A stretch of DNA of 64,000 nt, from the NCBI RefSeq assembly GCF_964355755.1, contig NC_092674.1, positions 1,302,001 to 1,366,000 on the forward strand, read 5' to 3'. Under the pieces are notes generated by a model. The model was not told the DNA's origin, did not search any database, and saw nothing but the letters and a program-made list of their open reading frames with translations. The position numbers were made by a program, and so were the translations under genes. The stretch comes from Antedon mediterranea. Lineage: Eukaryota; Animalia; Echinodermata. Below are positions 13,286 through 27,099 of the stretch, in pieces. Every line of letters starts with the position of its first letter. Positions within the stretch are counted from its first letter, which is position 1.

Positions 13286-14129
13286 CTAAGCTGGATCTCC
13301 TTCTGGTTTGGCATCACTTTCCGATTCAAACTTTTTAAAAAGTTTGCTAATGTCAGTCTTTCTTTTCCTCCGCAGTCGTCGACATCCTTCGTCGATCGAA
13401 ATGATGCAATGTTTCCAAATAAACGACTGATCAATGAATGGAATCTTATAGTACTCAATTACAAGATCTTTTACGATCCGTATCCGCACCGGATCTAGTT
13501 TCTCTCGTCCTTGCTTTCCGTTTACGTTACTGTTACGCATTTCATCCTTTGTGAATAACTTGCGCACCAACCCCAACGCAAAGTTTCTCGGTGACGTTGC
13601 CCATCTGTGTACCTCGGCAACCGTATCCGGTGACAACACCACAACTTGTTTCTCTTCTTCCTCGGCAGCAACGCTGGTACCCACAAAAACATTTTCTTCT
13701 TTTTGTTCACACTGCTTGTTTTGTTCCAGTAAGAGGTCCAGCTTGGCGTCTAATAGAGCCAGTTTCAAATTTATGTCTGTATTGAAGCGTTCTAATCTTG
13801 CGTCAAAATGAGCAAAGTAAGAACGAATTCTTCTATCCAATTCATCTTCCTCTGTATTTGTTAAACTCAGGGAGTCGGAATGCAATCTGTTATTCATTGG
13901 TGGATTAATGTCATGTGACGATTCATCTCCGGCAAGCAATTTTGGTGTCTACAAATTGATTTAAAAGAAAAGTACTGTAATTAAATGAAAGGGTAAACTT
14001 CAAAATATTAAACTAAAAAATTATTAGTGTACTACTTACTACTAACTCTTCTTCAACATTTTCCATTTTCATATTTGTCACTATTGTCTGCAATGACCCT
14101 TGTTCACTTGTATGTTCTCCATTCATCAT
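13286..14129 (-). CDS. BEN-domain protein (about 250 aa; coiled coil plus a single C-terminal BEN domain)
   Basis: Exon 14040-14129 (MMNGEH...EEELV, GTAAGT donor) joins 13286-13948 in phase 0. SPRNFALGLVRKLFTKDEMRNSNVNGKQGREKLDPVRIRIVKDLV...WKHCIISIDEGCR matches the BEN pattern. Upstream heptads LERFNTDINLKLALLDAKLDLLL suggest a coiled coil. Confidence 0.85.
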
Positions 14130-14869
14130 CAATAATTATACAATTTGTCTGTAAAAAAAAACATAATTTTTAATGCATTTTTAAATTAACATTTTTTTCA
14201 GATAAAAAAAATGTTGCTTTTATTGTGACAAAAATAAAATGTGACCGATTTCAAACAAAAGGCGACGATTATAAATAATCATTGTTAGCAAGTAGGTCGT
14301 AGGCACCTATTATTAATTTATGAGTATAGGTAGCCTAGCTAGCTAGGCTAGGCAGACTTAATTACTGTGTAGCATCATAAGCCCATCATTGACATTATAC
14401 TTTGATAGATGATGGGCTCACTGGCTCACTCAGCTAGGCCCTTCTTGCCTGCCCTCGGTAGGCCCTAGCCTAGGCTATTAGGCCTAGCTACTACTACTAC
14501 TAGGCCTAGTACTTGCCTAGGCTAGCATCCTAGGACTAGCTAGCTAGGCCTACTACTACTAGGCCTAGAGGTAGGCCTCCTCTAGGGCGGCTAGCTAGGC
14601 CTAGCTAGGGCCTAGCGCCTACGGGAATCCGCGCCTACTACTAAGTCTAAGGCCTACTACTAGCCTAGCTAGCCTTAACTAGAGAAATAAGCCGACAACA
14701 AGAAGAATCACTGGTTTCTTGAATTGCGACAGTTGTCACTTTTGTTACCTCTGACTATAGAATTTAAGTTAGGCCTGCCCTAGCCTAGCTACCAGTATTC
14801 CATTATTTTTATTTTCACACACGAATCTTCGAATTCGATCGACTCGACCCCTCGCTCGTACCTCGAGGT

Positions 14870-15090
14870 GAACATGCGCCACCTACCAGTAACGGTAGTA
14901 AGGCAAGTATGAAACGCCGAAAATCTCTTCTCCTCTGGATCGAACATAGATGGCGCTCACCATAAAAGTAGGGAACATTCCAGTTGCCAAAATGTAATGT
15001 AATCTAAATATGCCTCGAATCGAGGTATATTATTCGTATACCTCTCGAATCTGCAGATTGATTTAGATAGTGCCCTCTATCGGTTTTTTA
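14870..15090. promoter_or_regulatory. Cluster of CTCF-like motifs in the CpG-richer promoter region of the BEN gene
   Basis: gcgccacctaccag (about 14876), catagatggcgct (about 14945) and gtgccctctatcgg (about 15070) resemble the CCNNYAGRKGGCRS core. Matches were made by eye. Confidence 0.5.
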
Positions 15091-16624
15091 TAAATAACAT
15101 GATGTTTTATATATTTTTAAACTGGATAGAAACCATATTAATTATTCATAATCGTGGTGTTATCATCATCATCTTTAATGGAGAGTAATCGTGAAAATAA
15201 TGTACAATTGTTACTTGGATCATCTCTGACATTAAATGTAATTCAAAGACTTTGGTCTTGCTTAAATACAAAAGATAACATCTTCGCATATTCAATTTCT
15301 AGACAAATTTGGCAAATAAAATAACAAGAATTGTTATATGTATTGTATCACAGTCTTGAATGTCAATATATACTAACAAATAATTCCAGAAACAATAAAA
15401 TGGCCGACATTCTGAAAGACATATTTTTAATTGTAGTAATTAAATGACATAGTAATAAACAAAATTTAAGTAAAAAACACATTTAAAATTGTATATTTTA
15501 ATTTATAACATCAAGAAGGACACCGTACTCTTAAATACCTCATTCATGAAATTCAAGTATATTTTTCACAAATTGATTTCAGTTTCATTGGTATAATTCA
15601 TTTAGCAACAGTAAAGTTAAGTAATAAAAATGCAGTCATAGAACTTACAGCTTTAAGATTGCGTACTAATGTTGTAAAAGGTAACTTTACATTAATCATA
15701 AACTTTCAAGGTAGACATCTTTTAAAAATGTACTAATAACCAATATCATGTATTAACTAGATGTAGCAGCGACACACAGACGTGAGATAAAATGAGGTAT
15801 ACAACAAGTACAACCCTGGTATACAACAAGTACAACCCTGGTATACAACAAGTACAACCCTGGTATTCAACAGTTTTTCCTTGTTTAGGCCCGGTTGGTA
15901 TAAGACTTTTTCTTCTAGTTCTAAGTTCCCTGAAAAAGTTCCTATTTTTGTATCATTTCATTTACTGTAAATTGCTTGTTATTTTTGGACTGCTTCAAAT
16001 AAATGTGAATGAATAATAATAATAGAACTAAGACTGCCTATTTAGGGATGTAGCCATGAGAAATAAAGTTGTTTTTCGGTTTTTGCAAGAAAAGGGAACA
16101 ACCTCTGCTAAAGTCACTGGGTTGTCAAAGGCCTCTGTGAAAAAGTGGTCAGGTTGAAACCTTACCAATCGTACTGTTGGATACGGCTGCTATTAATCAC
16201 TTTTACTAATTGATAAACTTTGATATTATTAGCTGTATTGACAAAATTAAATTAAAAACATCTTAACATGTAAAGAAACGTAGATCATGTAAAGCTATAG
16301 TGTAAATATTGGTTGCTGCCTCTAATGTTAGAGTCTAAAGATAAACTTGCTCGCTGGCCAAACAGTGTTAAGCAACACACATTTTCATAATGTAACGCCA
16401 GATACTAAAAAATGGTAAATTAAATTTGTACAAATAATTTATCATTATCAAGACATCAAATTTAAGAAAAATAAATTCTTTTACATTTTTCAATTAGTCA
16501 TATATCAAAGTCAGTATTATGAAATAGGTTTTTAAAGCTAATTTGCATAAAGTAACTATATATAATTATTCTTATTAAAGTTCAAAACCTCAAGAAACAC
16601 CACTTTACTAGTTTAAAAAGTATT

Positions 16625-16830
16625 ACAGCAGAACCCAACAAAATGTCCCCTTAATAGGGGTGTACTCTAAATAGGGGTGGTCCCCTTAATAGGAGTGTAC
16701 CCCTTAATAGGGGTGTCCCCTAAATAGGGGTTGGCCATGTTAAAACATATTGTTCCTCATTCACAGGAACTTGTCTTACTAATAGGGGTGTTCCCTAAAT
16801 AGAGGTGCTTCAAATGATGGGCCCTACTGT
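16625..16830. mobile_element. Tc1/mariner-pogo-like MITE remnant
   Basis: ta|cagcagaaccc...gggccctactg|ta ends with internal repeats of gtccccttaataggggt. A related fragment is at about 59330-59438. Confidence 0.55.
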
Positions 16831-17097
16831 ATTGTATTACAAAATGAAAAGAAAAAAAGAAAGCTAAAGACAAACCATTTGCAAGATGATTACATCTACC
16901 ATTAGATTTGTCTCAGCTTAATGAGGTATTGTACCTAAATAGTAACTGTACATACATATTTGATAAGAATACGCCTACAATGATATGCACACAATTAGCA
17001 CATACTTAATTTTTACGGCTCAACATTACAAAAGGTCAAATGTCCTGAATCACAGTGCACAGCATTCAGGAGAAGAATTCATTTTGTAATAATTTAA

Positions 17098-20000
17098 TTA
17101 ATAAAATCCTGTTTTGTTCTGGTCCTTTTGATTTCCAGATCTCTCAAAGAACATGAAATCCTACAAAGAATAAAAACAAATATGATTATGTTTTTTTCGT
17201 TTTGAATGCCAATGACATTATACTCAAACATTATACAGCAGTACTTGATTATATATGATTATTATTTTTTAGTTAACCTTATTTATTTGAGGGTGAACCT
17301 AAACAGCCTATGCCGACAATCAAGGGGCCCTCATGATGAGTTATGATGACGTGTCTGTGTGTGACAGTGGCTGTGTGTATACTAGTACACCAGGGTAACC
17401 CCCTACTCGGCTCGAAAGTACTAGGTTCTTTAAAGTGCTCATGAGCTAGATGTGTACACTGGACCTATAGTTTATATGGTCCTTATCTGAGAAGACTCAT
17501 TCTACCACCAGAACTATGGAGCAAGTGAGGCTCGAACCCTTGCTAAAGTTATGGCTATGTATTACGGTAAAACCGTCTTAACCGCTTGACCACTAACTCA
17601 ATTATTGTGATTATTTATTTTATAAAATTTATTCAAATAATATACTAAATATAAAAATATATACTTAATAATAAATATATAACTTACAATAAGGAAGCAG
17701 GCACCCAACATTACGGCTTTGATGTTCACGTCCAAATCCATCGGGAATGAGATTCCAAAATTGTCAGCATCAGTGAAGGCTTCCTTGGCGAAACCAGACC
17801 ATTGCTTTGAAATTTTTCCAACTTTTGTGCTACCATCAGCAGACAAAACCTAGACAATAAAACAGCATCATTTATGATTACAAAAAAGATCAGTGATCTC
17901 AATTTGCTTCAGAGAACAATGGCTTACATTCTTAAGCTCTGTCTACAATATCAAACTTTATGTGACAAAAACATGTGATGTGCCCATATATGGAAACAAT
18001 GACATCATATCACTACCATAATAGGGCATATCACTACCATAATAGGGCATATCACTACCATAATAGGGCATATCACTACCATAATAGGGCATATCACTAC
18101 CATAATAGGGCATATCACTACCATAATAGGGCATGTCACTTTTTTTTGTAAAAATAGTGTAGACAGTGGATTCCATTAAAATCGCTACACGCGCAGATGT
18201 CGCCGACGCAATCGGGAGGGCTCACCGATTCATCGCAGTCAAATCGACAAAGTTCAACCATGTTCAACTTTGCCGATTGTGTCGGCGATGAATCGTATAC
18301 GCGTACCAAAGAATATTTAGCGCTCGCGTACTAGATCCCCGATAAATTCTAGCGTTTCCATAGAATCGCTACGCTCTGTCCTGTAGCGATTTTAGGGAAA
18401 CCCGGCTTTAATAAACATCATCTTTAAAACTTACATCAAACTCAACATCACCGCACATGTTCCATGTACACAGAGGGCCGCTTATTTTCAAGATGGTCTC
18501 CTCGTTCGCATTCTCAATTGTAAATTGTGGGTAACAGACACTCCATGATTGTTTCACGTAGCCAACCACAGTTCCTGGTGGTGCGCATACTTCAAGTTTT
18601 TGAAGACAGCTAAAATATAATAATAAAGATAAGTATTAATATAATATGGATAACTACCAGAATTATGTGGTAACAAACCTAGGCACTTTACGAGGTTTAA
18701 TTGCAGAAAGGCTTGTCAATTTTATATTATTTAAGTATACAAAAATAGCTTTGAAAAAGATAAACAATTTGTAGTAGTAAGCGCAAACTTTTCTATCCAT
18801 TTTTATTAAGCTCTGTCTATACTATCAAACTAGTTTGACAAAAAAAAGTATGATGTGCTCAAATATGGTAGTGATATGTTTAAATATAGTAATGATATGA
18901 CATGTCCATATATGGGCACATCACATTTTTTTGTCACATAGTTTGATACTGTAGAAAATGCAATAACAAATACTGTAGGTGCAAGAATCCTTCCTCTGTT
19001 TTAAAAAATGAATAAAGTTCGACTGCAAATGGCCGTACAATGGCTTTAATATAGTACATTTGTTTAAGCTTTTTTGTAGTAATTTATTGCAAAAAACAAT
19101 AATTAAAATTCAGTAAACCAGGAGAAAATGTGAAAAACCGGAATCACAGGGGTAGACCGGGAAAAAAACCTACGTATACATGGTCACATATGTATTTACT
19201 GTAATAATTGCAATTATCATGGGAAAGCTACAGTAAAAATAATTGAATTGTGTATTAATATGAAAAAAAAAAAAATAAAGAATTATATTGTTTTCAACAG
19301 ATAGTAGATCAGTAAAATAGTTAATAATTAAACACTACAAAGCTAGATATTAATAAACCAAATAACTGATTTCAAGTGTCAAAGGGCATACCCTAAATCT
19401 TCTGAAACACAGAGTCCTTAACCTTATGCGGAAAAAAAAACATAACATTTTATACTACAGTAAATATATTTAGTATAATATTAATATAAACACTTGTTTT
19501 CAAATTAAATTTTTCAATGAAAGTTCATAGGACACTGTACTTACCAAAAACACCAACACGATGTACAACGCAGAGGCCTGGATAGATGCATTACCTCCTT
19601 AGTACCATTGTCCAAAATCTTCATATCAAACGGCCTAGAATTTCCACAACAGTTACGGGTACAACAATCCGTATCTATTTAAATGATGTTATGAGAACTT
19701 TAAATACAACAATTAAATTGTTTTGTAGTTATTTATTTCTGCCATATTTTTCTTTAGGATCTTGCATGTGACACATTGTTTTCTTTTAAAGCTCTGTCTA
19801 CACTATCAAACTTTGTGACATAAAAAGTGTGATGTGCCCAAATATGATATGCTTAAATATAGTTAGTAGTGATATGACATTATATCATACCCATATATGG
19901 GCACATCACATTTTGTTTGTGACATAAAGTTTGATAATGTAAAGCTTCAATACAAGATACCCATACCCTTTAAAATGTCTTAATTATTAATTGTGTTTAT

Positions 20001-23000
20001 ATTGACATAATATTAAAATACTACATGTTCTTGAAATGAAACATCAAAATGAAAGTTGTCTATAAATTATGAAAAAGTATAAATATTATAAGAAATGTTA
20101 TGATATTGGTTGGATACTGTTAACATAAGCAACACACAAAACTGGTAAAATGTTTACAGTTTCAGGAAGAAGCTGATTAAGAGAGGTTTAAAAGAGAAAA
20201 AAAAAACGTCATGACATACCCTCAGCAGCAAAGTACACCTGCTGACCCAGCGTATTCTTTATCACATACTTGTTGTTGGTTTCAAAGCTGGTGAAAGCTA
20301 GCAAGAAAAAAAACAAGTAATATTTAAAGTTTTAAGATTATCACTATGATTCTGAAAGCTCAAGAAAATGATATCAACATTACAATAACATGAGAGCGGC
20401 ATAATCTCAATACAAAACAATGTAACAGCTCAAAATAATAGAATATAATTATGATTTAATAGGGTACCCCTAGCATTAGGAAGATTTCGATTTGTAAAGA
20501 AAAAGGAGTAAGTTTAGGTTAAATTATTACAATTATAATTCAACCCTGTTAATGGTGACGTTTGGTCACTGTAGGGTGATGATGAAATAAAAAAAAAAAA
20601 AAAAAAATTACAATATGAGCATGTAAGTTGGGATGTACAGAACCTACAGACGTTAAGCAGTTCCTAAGCCAAGGTCATGACCGACGACACGACTCAATGC
20701 CGAGGTCATCACAAATAGACATAAAGTCAGGTCAAGATCATTTTGTTAAAATCGCAATGAACTCGTCCCGGCTTCAGAATAAAAGCGGTGTCCTCAGACA
20801 TCGCGTCAGCTGGTAAGCGACATCATCACTTCCTAGTAGATCTTAATCAAATTTCCTGCCTATATACTGTAGGTTAGGATGTATCATACTGTACTGTAAA
20901 ATATTGCTAAAATTGTTTGATGTCTGGACTTCACTGGTAGGAATTAAATTTGATTTGAGTATTGACTGCTGAACGTCTAGAGACTGATAAATGGCAACCT
21001 ACAGTATAGAACCTTTGCCCTTTGAGATCACATTTACTTATTATTACAGCCTCTAATACTAACCTAGCAAAGGTCTTGTTCAATAAATACTTTATTTCCT
21101 GAAACAAAATAGTGAGTAAGTGCCTTATACAATGTTTTCCATGACAAAAAACAAAAGAAGCCATGAAATATTAGAAATATAAATGATGATGAATGATGAA
21201 GAGGAATATATTTATTCACGAAACTGATGTACAGTACAACTCATTCACTCAACATCGATCACAAGACTGATGTACAGTACAACTCATTCACTCAACATCG
21301 ATCACAAGACTGATGTACAGTACAACTCATTCACTCAACATCGATCACAAGACTGATGTTCAGTACAACTCATTCACTCAACATCGATCATAAGACTGAT
21401 GTACAGTACAACTCATTCACTCAACATCGATCACAAGACTGATGTACAGTACAACTCATTCAATCAACATCGATCACAAGACTGATGTACAGTACAACTC
21501 ATTCAATCAACATCGATCACAAGACTGATGTACAGTACAACTCATTCAATCAACATCGATCACAAGACTGATGTACAGTACAACTCATTCAATCCACATC
21601 GATCACAAGACTGATGTACAGTACAACTCATTCAATCAACATCGATCACAAGACTGATGTACAGTACAACTCATTCACTCAACATCAATCACAAGACTGA
21701 TGTACAGTACAACTCATTCAATCAACATCGATCACAAGACTGATGTACAGTACAACTCATTCAATCAACATCGATCACAAGACTGATGTACAGTACAACT
21801 CATTCACTCAACATCGATCACAAGACTGATGTACAGTACAACTCATTCACTCAACATCGATCACAAGACTGATGTACAGTACAACTCATTCAATCAACAT
21901 CGATCACAAGACTGATGTACAGTACAACTCATTCACTCAACATCGATCATAAGACTGATGTACAGTACAACTCATTCACTCAACATCGATCACAAGACTG
22001 ATGTACAGTACAACTCATTCAATCAACATCGATCACAAGACTGATGTACAGTACAACTCATTCAATCAACATCGATCACAAGACTGATGTACCGTACAAC
22101 TCATTCAATCAACATCAATCACAAGACTGATGTACAGTACAACTCATTCACTCAACATCGATCACAAGACTGATGTACAGTACAACTCATTCAATCAACA
22201 TCGATCACAAGACTGATGTACAGTACAACTCATTCAATCAACATCGATCACAAGACTGATGTACAGTACAACTCATTCACTCAACATCAATCACAAGACT
22301 GATGTACAGTACAACTCATTCAATCAACATCGATCACAAGACTGATGTACAGTACAACTCATTCAATCAACATCGATCACAAGACTGATGTACAGTACAA
22401 CTCATTCACTCAACATCGATCACAAGACTGATGTACAGTACAACTCATTCAATCAACATCAATCACAAGACTGATGTACAGTACAACTCATTCACTCAAC
22501 ATCGATCACAAGACTGATGTACAGTACAACTCATTCACTCAACATCGATCACAAGACTGATGTACAGTACAACTCATTCAATCAACATCGATCACAAGAC
22601 TGATGTACAGTACAACTCATTCAATCAACATCGATCACAAGACTGATGTACAGTACAACTCATTCAATCAACATCGATCACAAGACTGATGTACAGTACA
22701 ACTCATTCAATCAACATCGATCACAAGACTGATGTACAGTACAACTCATTCAATCAACATCAATCACAAGACTGATGTACAGTACAACTCATTCAATCAA
22801 CATCGATCACAAGACTGATGTACAGTACAACTCATTCAATCAACATCAATCACAAGACTGATGTACAGTACAACTCATTCAATCAACATCGATCACAAGA
22901 CTGATGTACAGTACAACTCATTCAATCAACATCAATCACAAGACTGATGTACAGTACAACTCATTCAATCAACATCGATCACAAGACTGATGTACAGTAC

Positions 23001-26000
23001 AACTCATTCAATCAACATCGATCACAAGACTGATGTACAGTACAACTCATTCAATCAACATCAATCACAAGACTGATGTACAGTACAACTCATTCAATCA
23101 ACATCGATCACAAGACTGATGTACAGTACAACTCATTCAATCAACATCGATCACAAGACTGATGTACAGTACAACTCATTCCATCAACATCGATCACAAG
23201 ACTGATGTACAGTACAACTCATTCAATCAACATCAATCACAAGACTGATGTACAGTACAACTCATTCAATCAACATCGATCACAAGACTGATGTACAGTA
23301 CAACTCATTCAATCAACATCGATCACAAGACTGATGTACAGTACAACTCATTCAATCAACATCGATCACAAGATTGTGATATTACAAAAAAATCCATCAC
23401 CATTTTTACCGCTCTGTTCTGCAGCACTTTGAAGTGCCAAATAACTGTGTTATATTAACTGTACACAAACTGAAAAACATTTTTTGGTGACGTGGAACTG
23501 AAGAAATCAACAATACAAGATTAATTATTAAAGTCATAATTTATCCATTCGAATTAAAAATTAAATCATATTTTAGTGATTCAATTAAATCCCTTTTTAT
23601 TATTCAAAAGAATTAAACAAATTGTAATCGAAATCGTCTTGGTATATCAATGATTAATGGAAGTCTACAAACTATGTAAATATTGTATTCCATTAGTGTT
23701 ATGATTATGTTTACTGAATAAATCTACTTGTAACCAAGTAACTATGGCGATAAGCTGATTTACATAACAGTTTAACATTAAGTAATGTTAAATATTATTC
23801 ATTCTTATGAACACAAAATAAATTAATTTGTGTACAAGTGTAACATACTTACAAGTGGAGTGGAATATGATTATAAAATTATTATTATAAAGTACTAGGG
23901 GTAGAGAATAAATATAATAACCCGGTTGTAAACATGACCTCACCCAATAACAATGTCAAAGATAGCACTATGTAAATAGTTTTGTAATTCAGGTCAACAA
24001 ATAGGTGAAGGATATATGTACAGTGCTGTATACTGAAAAAATATACACTTAATAATGTAAACATACGGAACACATAAAGTTGATTTATGTAAAAAGATAA
24101 TCACATATATAAAAATATTACTGGTATTAATAATAATAAATATTTTATTTTAACACGGAAAAGCTTGTATCATCACCTCAATACAAAAACGTATTCTTCA
24201 TTATCATTTTTTTAGTTTCGTTATTCCGTCACAAAACTAATAAAAACAGGGACATTAAATTATTAAAATTTTATTTGCAGTACCATGAACCTATAAATTA
24301 GACCTAATTGATATGGCTATGGTAGCACTACAGTATCTAGTACAAAGAGATGCATCATTGGTTATTGTGAAATGGAATTGAGTAGCTGTTTTATTGCTGA
24401 ATTATTACAGGAGAAAATTATAATCAATTTGTTGATGGATCTTATCAATCAAACTGTCATGTCTTGTAGATCCTGTTTTCTAAATTACTGGTTTCTTTCT
24501 AAACAATTAAAATGTTAATTTAACATTAATAGAGCATACCGGTAGGTGTTGTATATTAATATGAAAAGAAAATTCATATAATTAACACATTTTCAAGACG
24601 ACCCCTAAAACTATTTAATTGTAACACCTGGTCAATAACTACCTTTCAAGTTTATTCAATACAAACAAACATGTCAATAATCTATAAAGTATTACTTACA
24701 TTCTAGTCTAAAGTAGATAGAGGATGTCTATAATAAAGCTGGGGGTGTACCATGTGTGGTTTCAACAAGGACAACTTCCTGGTTTGAGGTTAGGTAGGGA
24801 GGAACCAGGAAGCTAACAAGGTGCAAGACAGAGATACTGTATCTCAACAGAAGCTGCTCCACAAACTACTGTGTACAAACATGCAGAGTGGAGGACCTAC
24901 ATTTCTGATTTTACGTTCCCTGGAGACTTTAAAATGATCATTAACATCATCCCTTGTTGTAATACATCATATATTTATTATAATAGTCTAATTAGACTCA
25001 TGTCTATTTTCCTATCATTGTCCTGAAGATCGTTGTACAGTAGCACAACAATACAGGAGTAGTAATATAATAATCTATTTCCTTTATTACACATGGTGTA
25101 CCGTAAAACTAAACTTTAAATTAAACTTTACATTATATAATAGTTTTGTCTTAGAAATTTGCTGGTATGTTTATTGAAAAAAAGTAATCAAATTATTACT
25201 GCACATGGGGGTTAATTTTAGGGGGTTAATTTTAAGGGGGTCAACCTGAATTTTAAGGATCCTATATTATGTGTACAGTATACATTTTGGTAAAATGTAG
25301 GCACATCACGCTTTTTCTGTCAAACTAGTTTGATAGTGTAGACAGAAGTTTCTGTACTTAACTGTATAAAATCAATTCTTTATTAATACATCAAAACAAA
25401 TTTAATAACCTTATCATCAAGAAGGCAAGCAAAAAACAAACAAATAAACAACATCAGAACTTTAAAAAACAAATAATCATGTCTCCTAAATTAATAAACA
25501 TTTGTTCAAGATTTACCTTCTAAGAGCTCAACTTGCTGGTGTACCAACAGTTGATCAATCTGGGTGAGATATTCCAGCCCAGGAGGACAGTTTGAAATCT
25601 GCTGCGGTACAGGCATCCACGTTGACGCCACCGTGCCTGGCGGTGCAGGGGGTTGTCCAGCACCCTGAGGCTGACCATAAGGATTAGGCTGTTGTCCCTC
25701 AGGTGGTGGGTAAGGTTGGTTGCCTTGAGGGGGAGGGTAAGGTTGGTTTACAGTTACTGGTTGTACTGGAGGATAAAATGGTTGTTGTCCATAGCCTATG
25801 GATAGAATTTATACAAATTGTTGTCAATATTTACACAGTTGACAGTATTCATTGTATTCATTGTATTCATTGTATACTCAAATGTTTACAGACAATGTGT
25901 CACAGCTGAAATTCTCAAATTAAATCGTTTTCAACAATCATTACAGTTCACTGTCCCAAAAACCTTTTTTATTGAGGTCCTAAATGTCCCAAATTTAAAA

Positions 26001-26611
26001 TTAAAATACAAAAACAGACATAATTGGTCAACCCAAGGGTGTCTGGCATTGAAAGAGTGAACTGTGTAGAGTTTACATTTTAAACTAAAATGTTAGAGAG
26101 AGACATAATTATACTTACCATGAAATGAATGTGAAGACATGGAATGAAAAAGAAATATATGATATTATTAAATAAAATAGAACATTGTAAGGATGAGGAA
26201 AAGGTTTTTAATTATGAAATGGAATAGTAAAATGAAAACTTCTTTTAAAACAGTCTTGAATTGATATAACCATCAAAATTATTTTGATGTTTATTTCAAG
26301 TAGTTATATTTTAAATATAATATAATCAATTTCAGTTAATGAGTTTCTACAGTATTACATTTTAAAACAATTGATAGAATATGAAAAACTCTTAACAACT
26401 ACATTTTAGGGAATACAGTTGTAAGTAAATGCAGGCTAAGAAATCAATATTAACTTATTAAATGTATTCATTGTTGTGTTGTACACAGTACTCATTAAAA
26501 TACTAATTCCAAGAAAATCTAAAAACTGCTAATAACAAAAAATCAAGGTTATTAACTTAGTAATGAGATAAAATTAGAAACTTGAATAATGATATACTAA
26601 CCGTCTGCCAT
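17098..26611 (-). CDS. PLSCR: Phospholipid scramblase (PLSCR family, about 298 aa)
   Basis: Exons 26602-26611 (MADG), 25517-25795, 20220-20297, 19545-19674, 18435-18609, 17688-17849 and 17098-17160 sum to 897 nt. Features: Pro/Gln-rich N-terminus, [40 protein letters not shown], Cys cluster [35 protein letters not shown] and GACFLIDFMFFE. Confidence 0.95.
17365..17595 (-). mobile_element. tRNA-derived SINE (possibly Nin-domain type)
   Basis: The minus strand begins AGTGGTCAAGCGGTTAAGAC (A box) and contains GGTTCGAGCC (B box). The body ggttctttaaagtgc...cactggacc...ccttatctgagaagac resembles Nin-SINE cores as I recall them. It cannot fold as a complete tRNA. Confidence 0.65.
18168..18407. mobile_element. 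MITE family C, abutting a family A copy
   Basis: Inverted ends ggattccattaaaatcgctaca / tgtagcgattttagggaaacccggct|tta with a CpG-rich, partly palindromic interior. Confidence 0.7.
21223..23373. repeat. 43-bp minisatellite, about 50 copies, in a PLSCR intron
   Basis: Unit actgatgtacagtacaactcattca(a/c)tcaacatc(g/a)atcacaag. Confidence 0.97.
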
Positions 26612-27099
26612 TTTTCAATTAGTTTACTGTATGTTCAATATTCCTGTAATAAAAATTCAAAAACTTAAATAATAACTGGCAATGTAATTAAGTAAAGTAA
26701 TATTTTAATGTTTAATAATCATAATTATTAATATTATTTTATAAAATAATAAATCATATTGAATATTCCATATTTATAAATGGTTTATTATTATTTATTA
26801 ATAATTAAATAATGATTAGGCCTACTACTTAATTCTTGTGCTGCTGCTACCTACTACTACTAGGAGGCTAGCCTAGTTTTAACAAAGATAGGGCCTAGGC
26901 CGAGATGTAGTAGGTAGTTAATAGGGTAGGTGAGGTAGGAAGGGCCGGCCGGGGCCCTCACTGTGCTGTCTAGTAGGCTAGCCCCTACCTAGCTAGCCTA
27001 GCTAATGTAATGCTAGGGTATGCCTCTCTCTAACTGGTTTAACTTTAGTTAGGCATGTCATAACCGGTATAAATAATAAAAATAGTTTTAAAATGTACA

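Noticed and set aside
15797-15865. Short tandem duplications (also 8005-8110, 8573-8607, 35369-35430, 47288-47388)
   Set aside because: Real, but ordinary 2-5 copy slippage products with no evident function.
17520-17595. Possible tRNA gene
   Set aside because: A and B boxes are present but there is no acceptor stem or cloverleaf, and it continues into a SINE body.
21064-21098. Possible 35-nt poison exon in the PLSCR intron (minus strand, tttcag..TAG|gttagt)
   Set aside because: Splice-like motifs of this strength are common by chance in AT-rich introns, and there is no other support.
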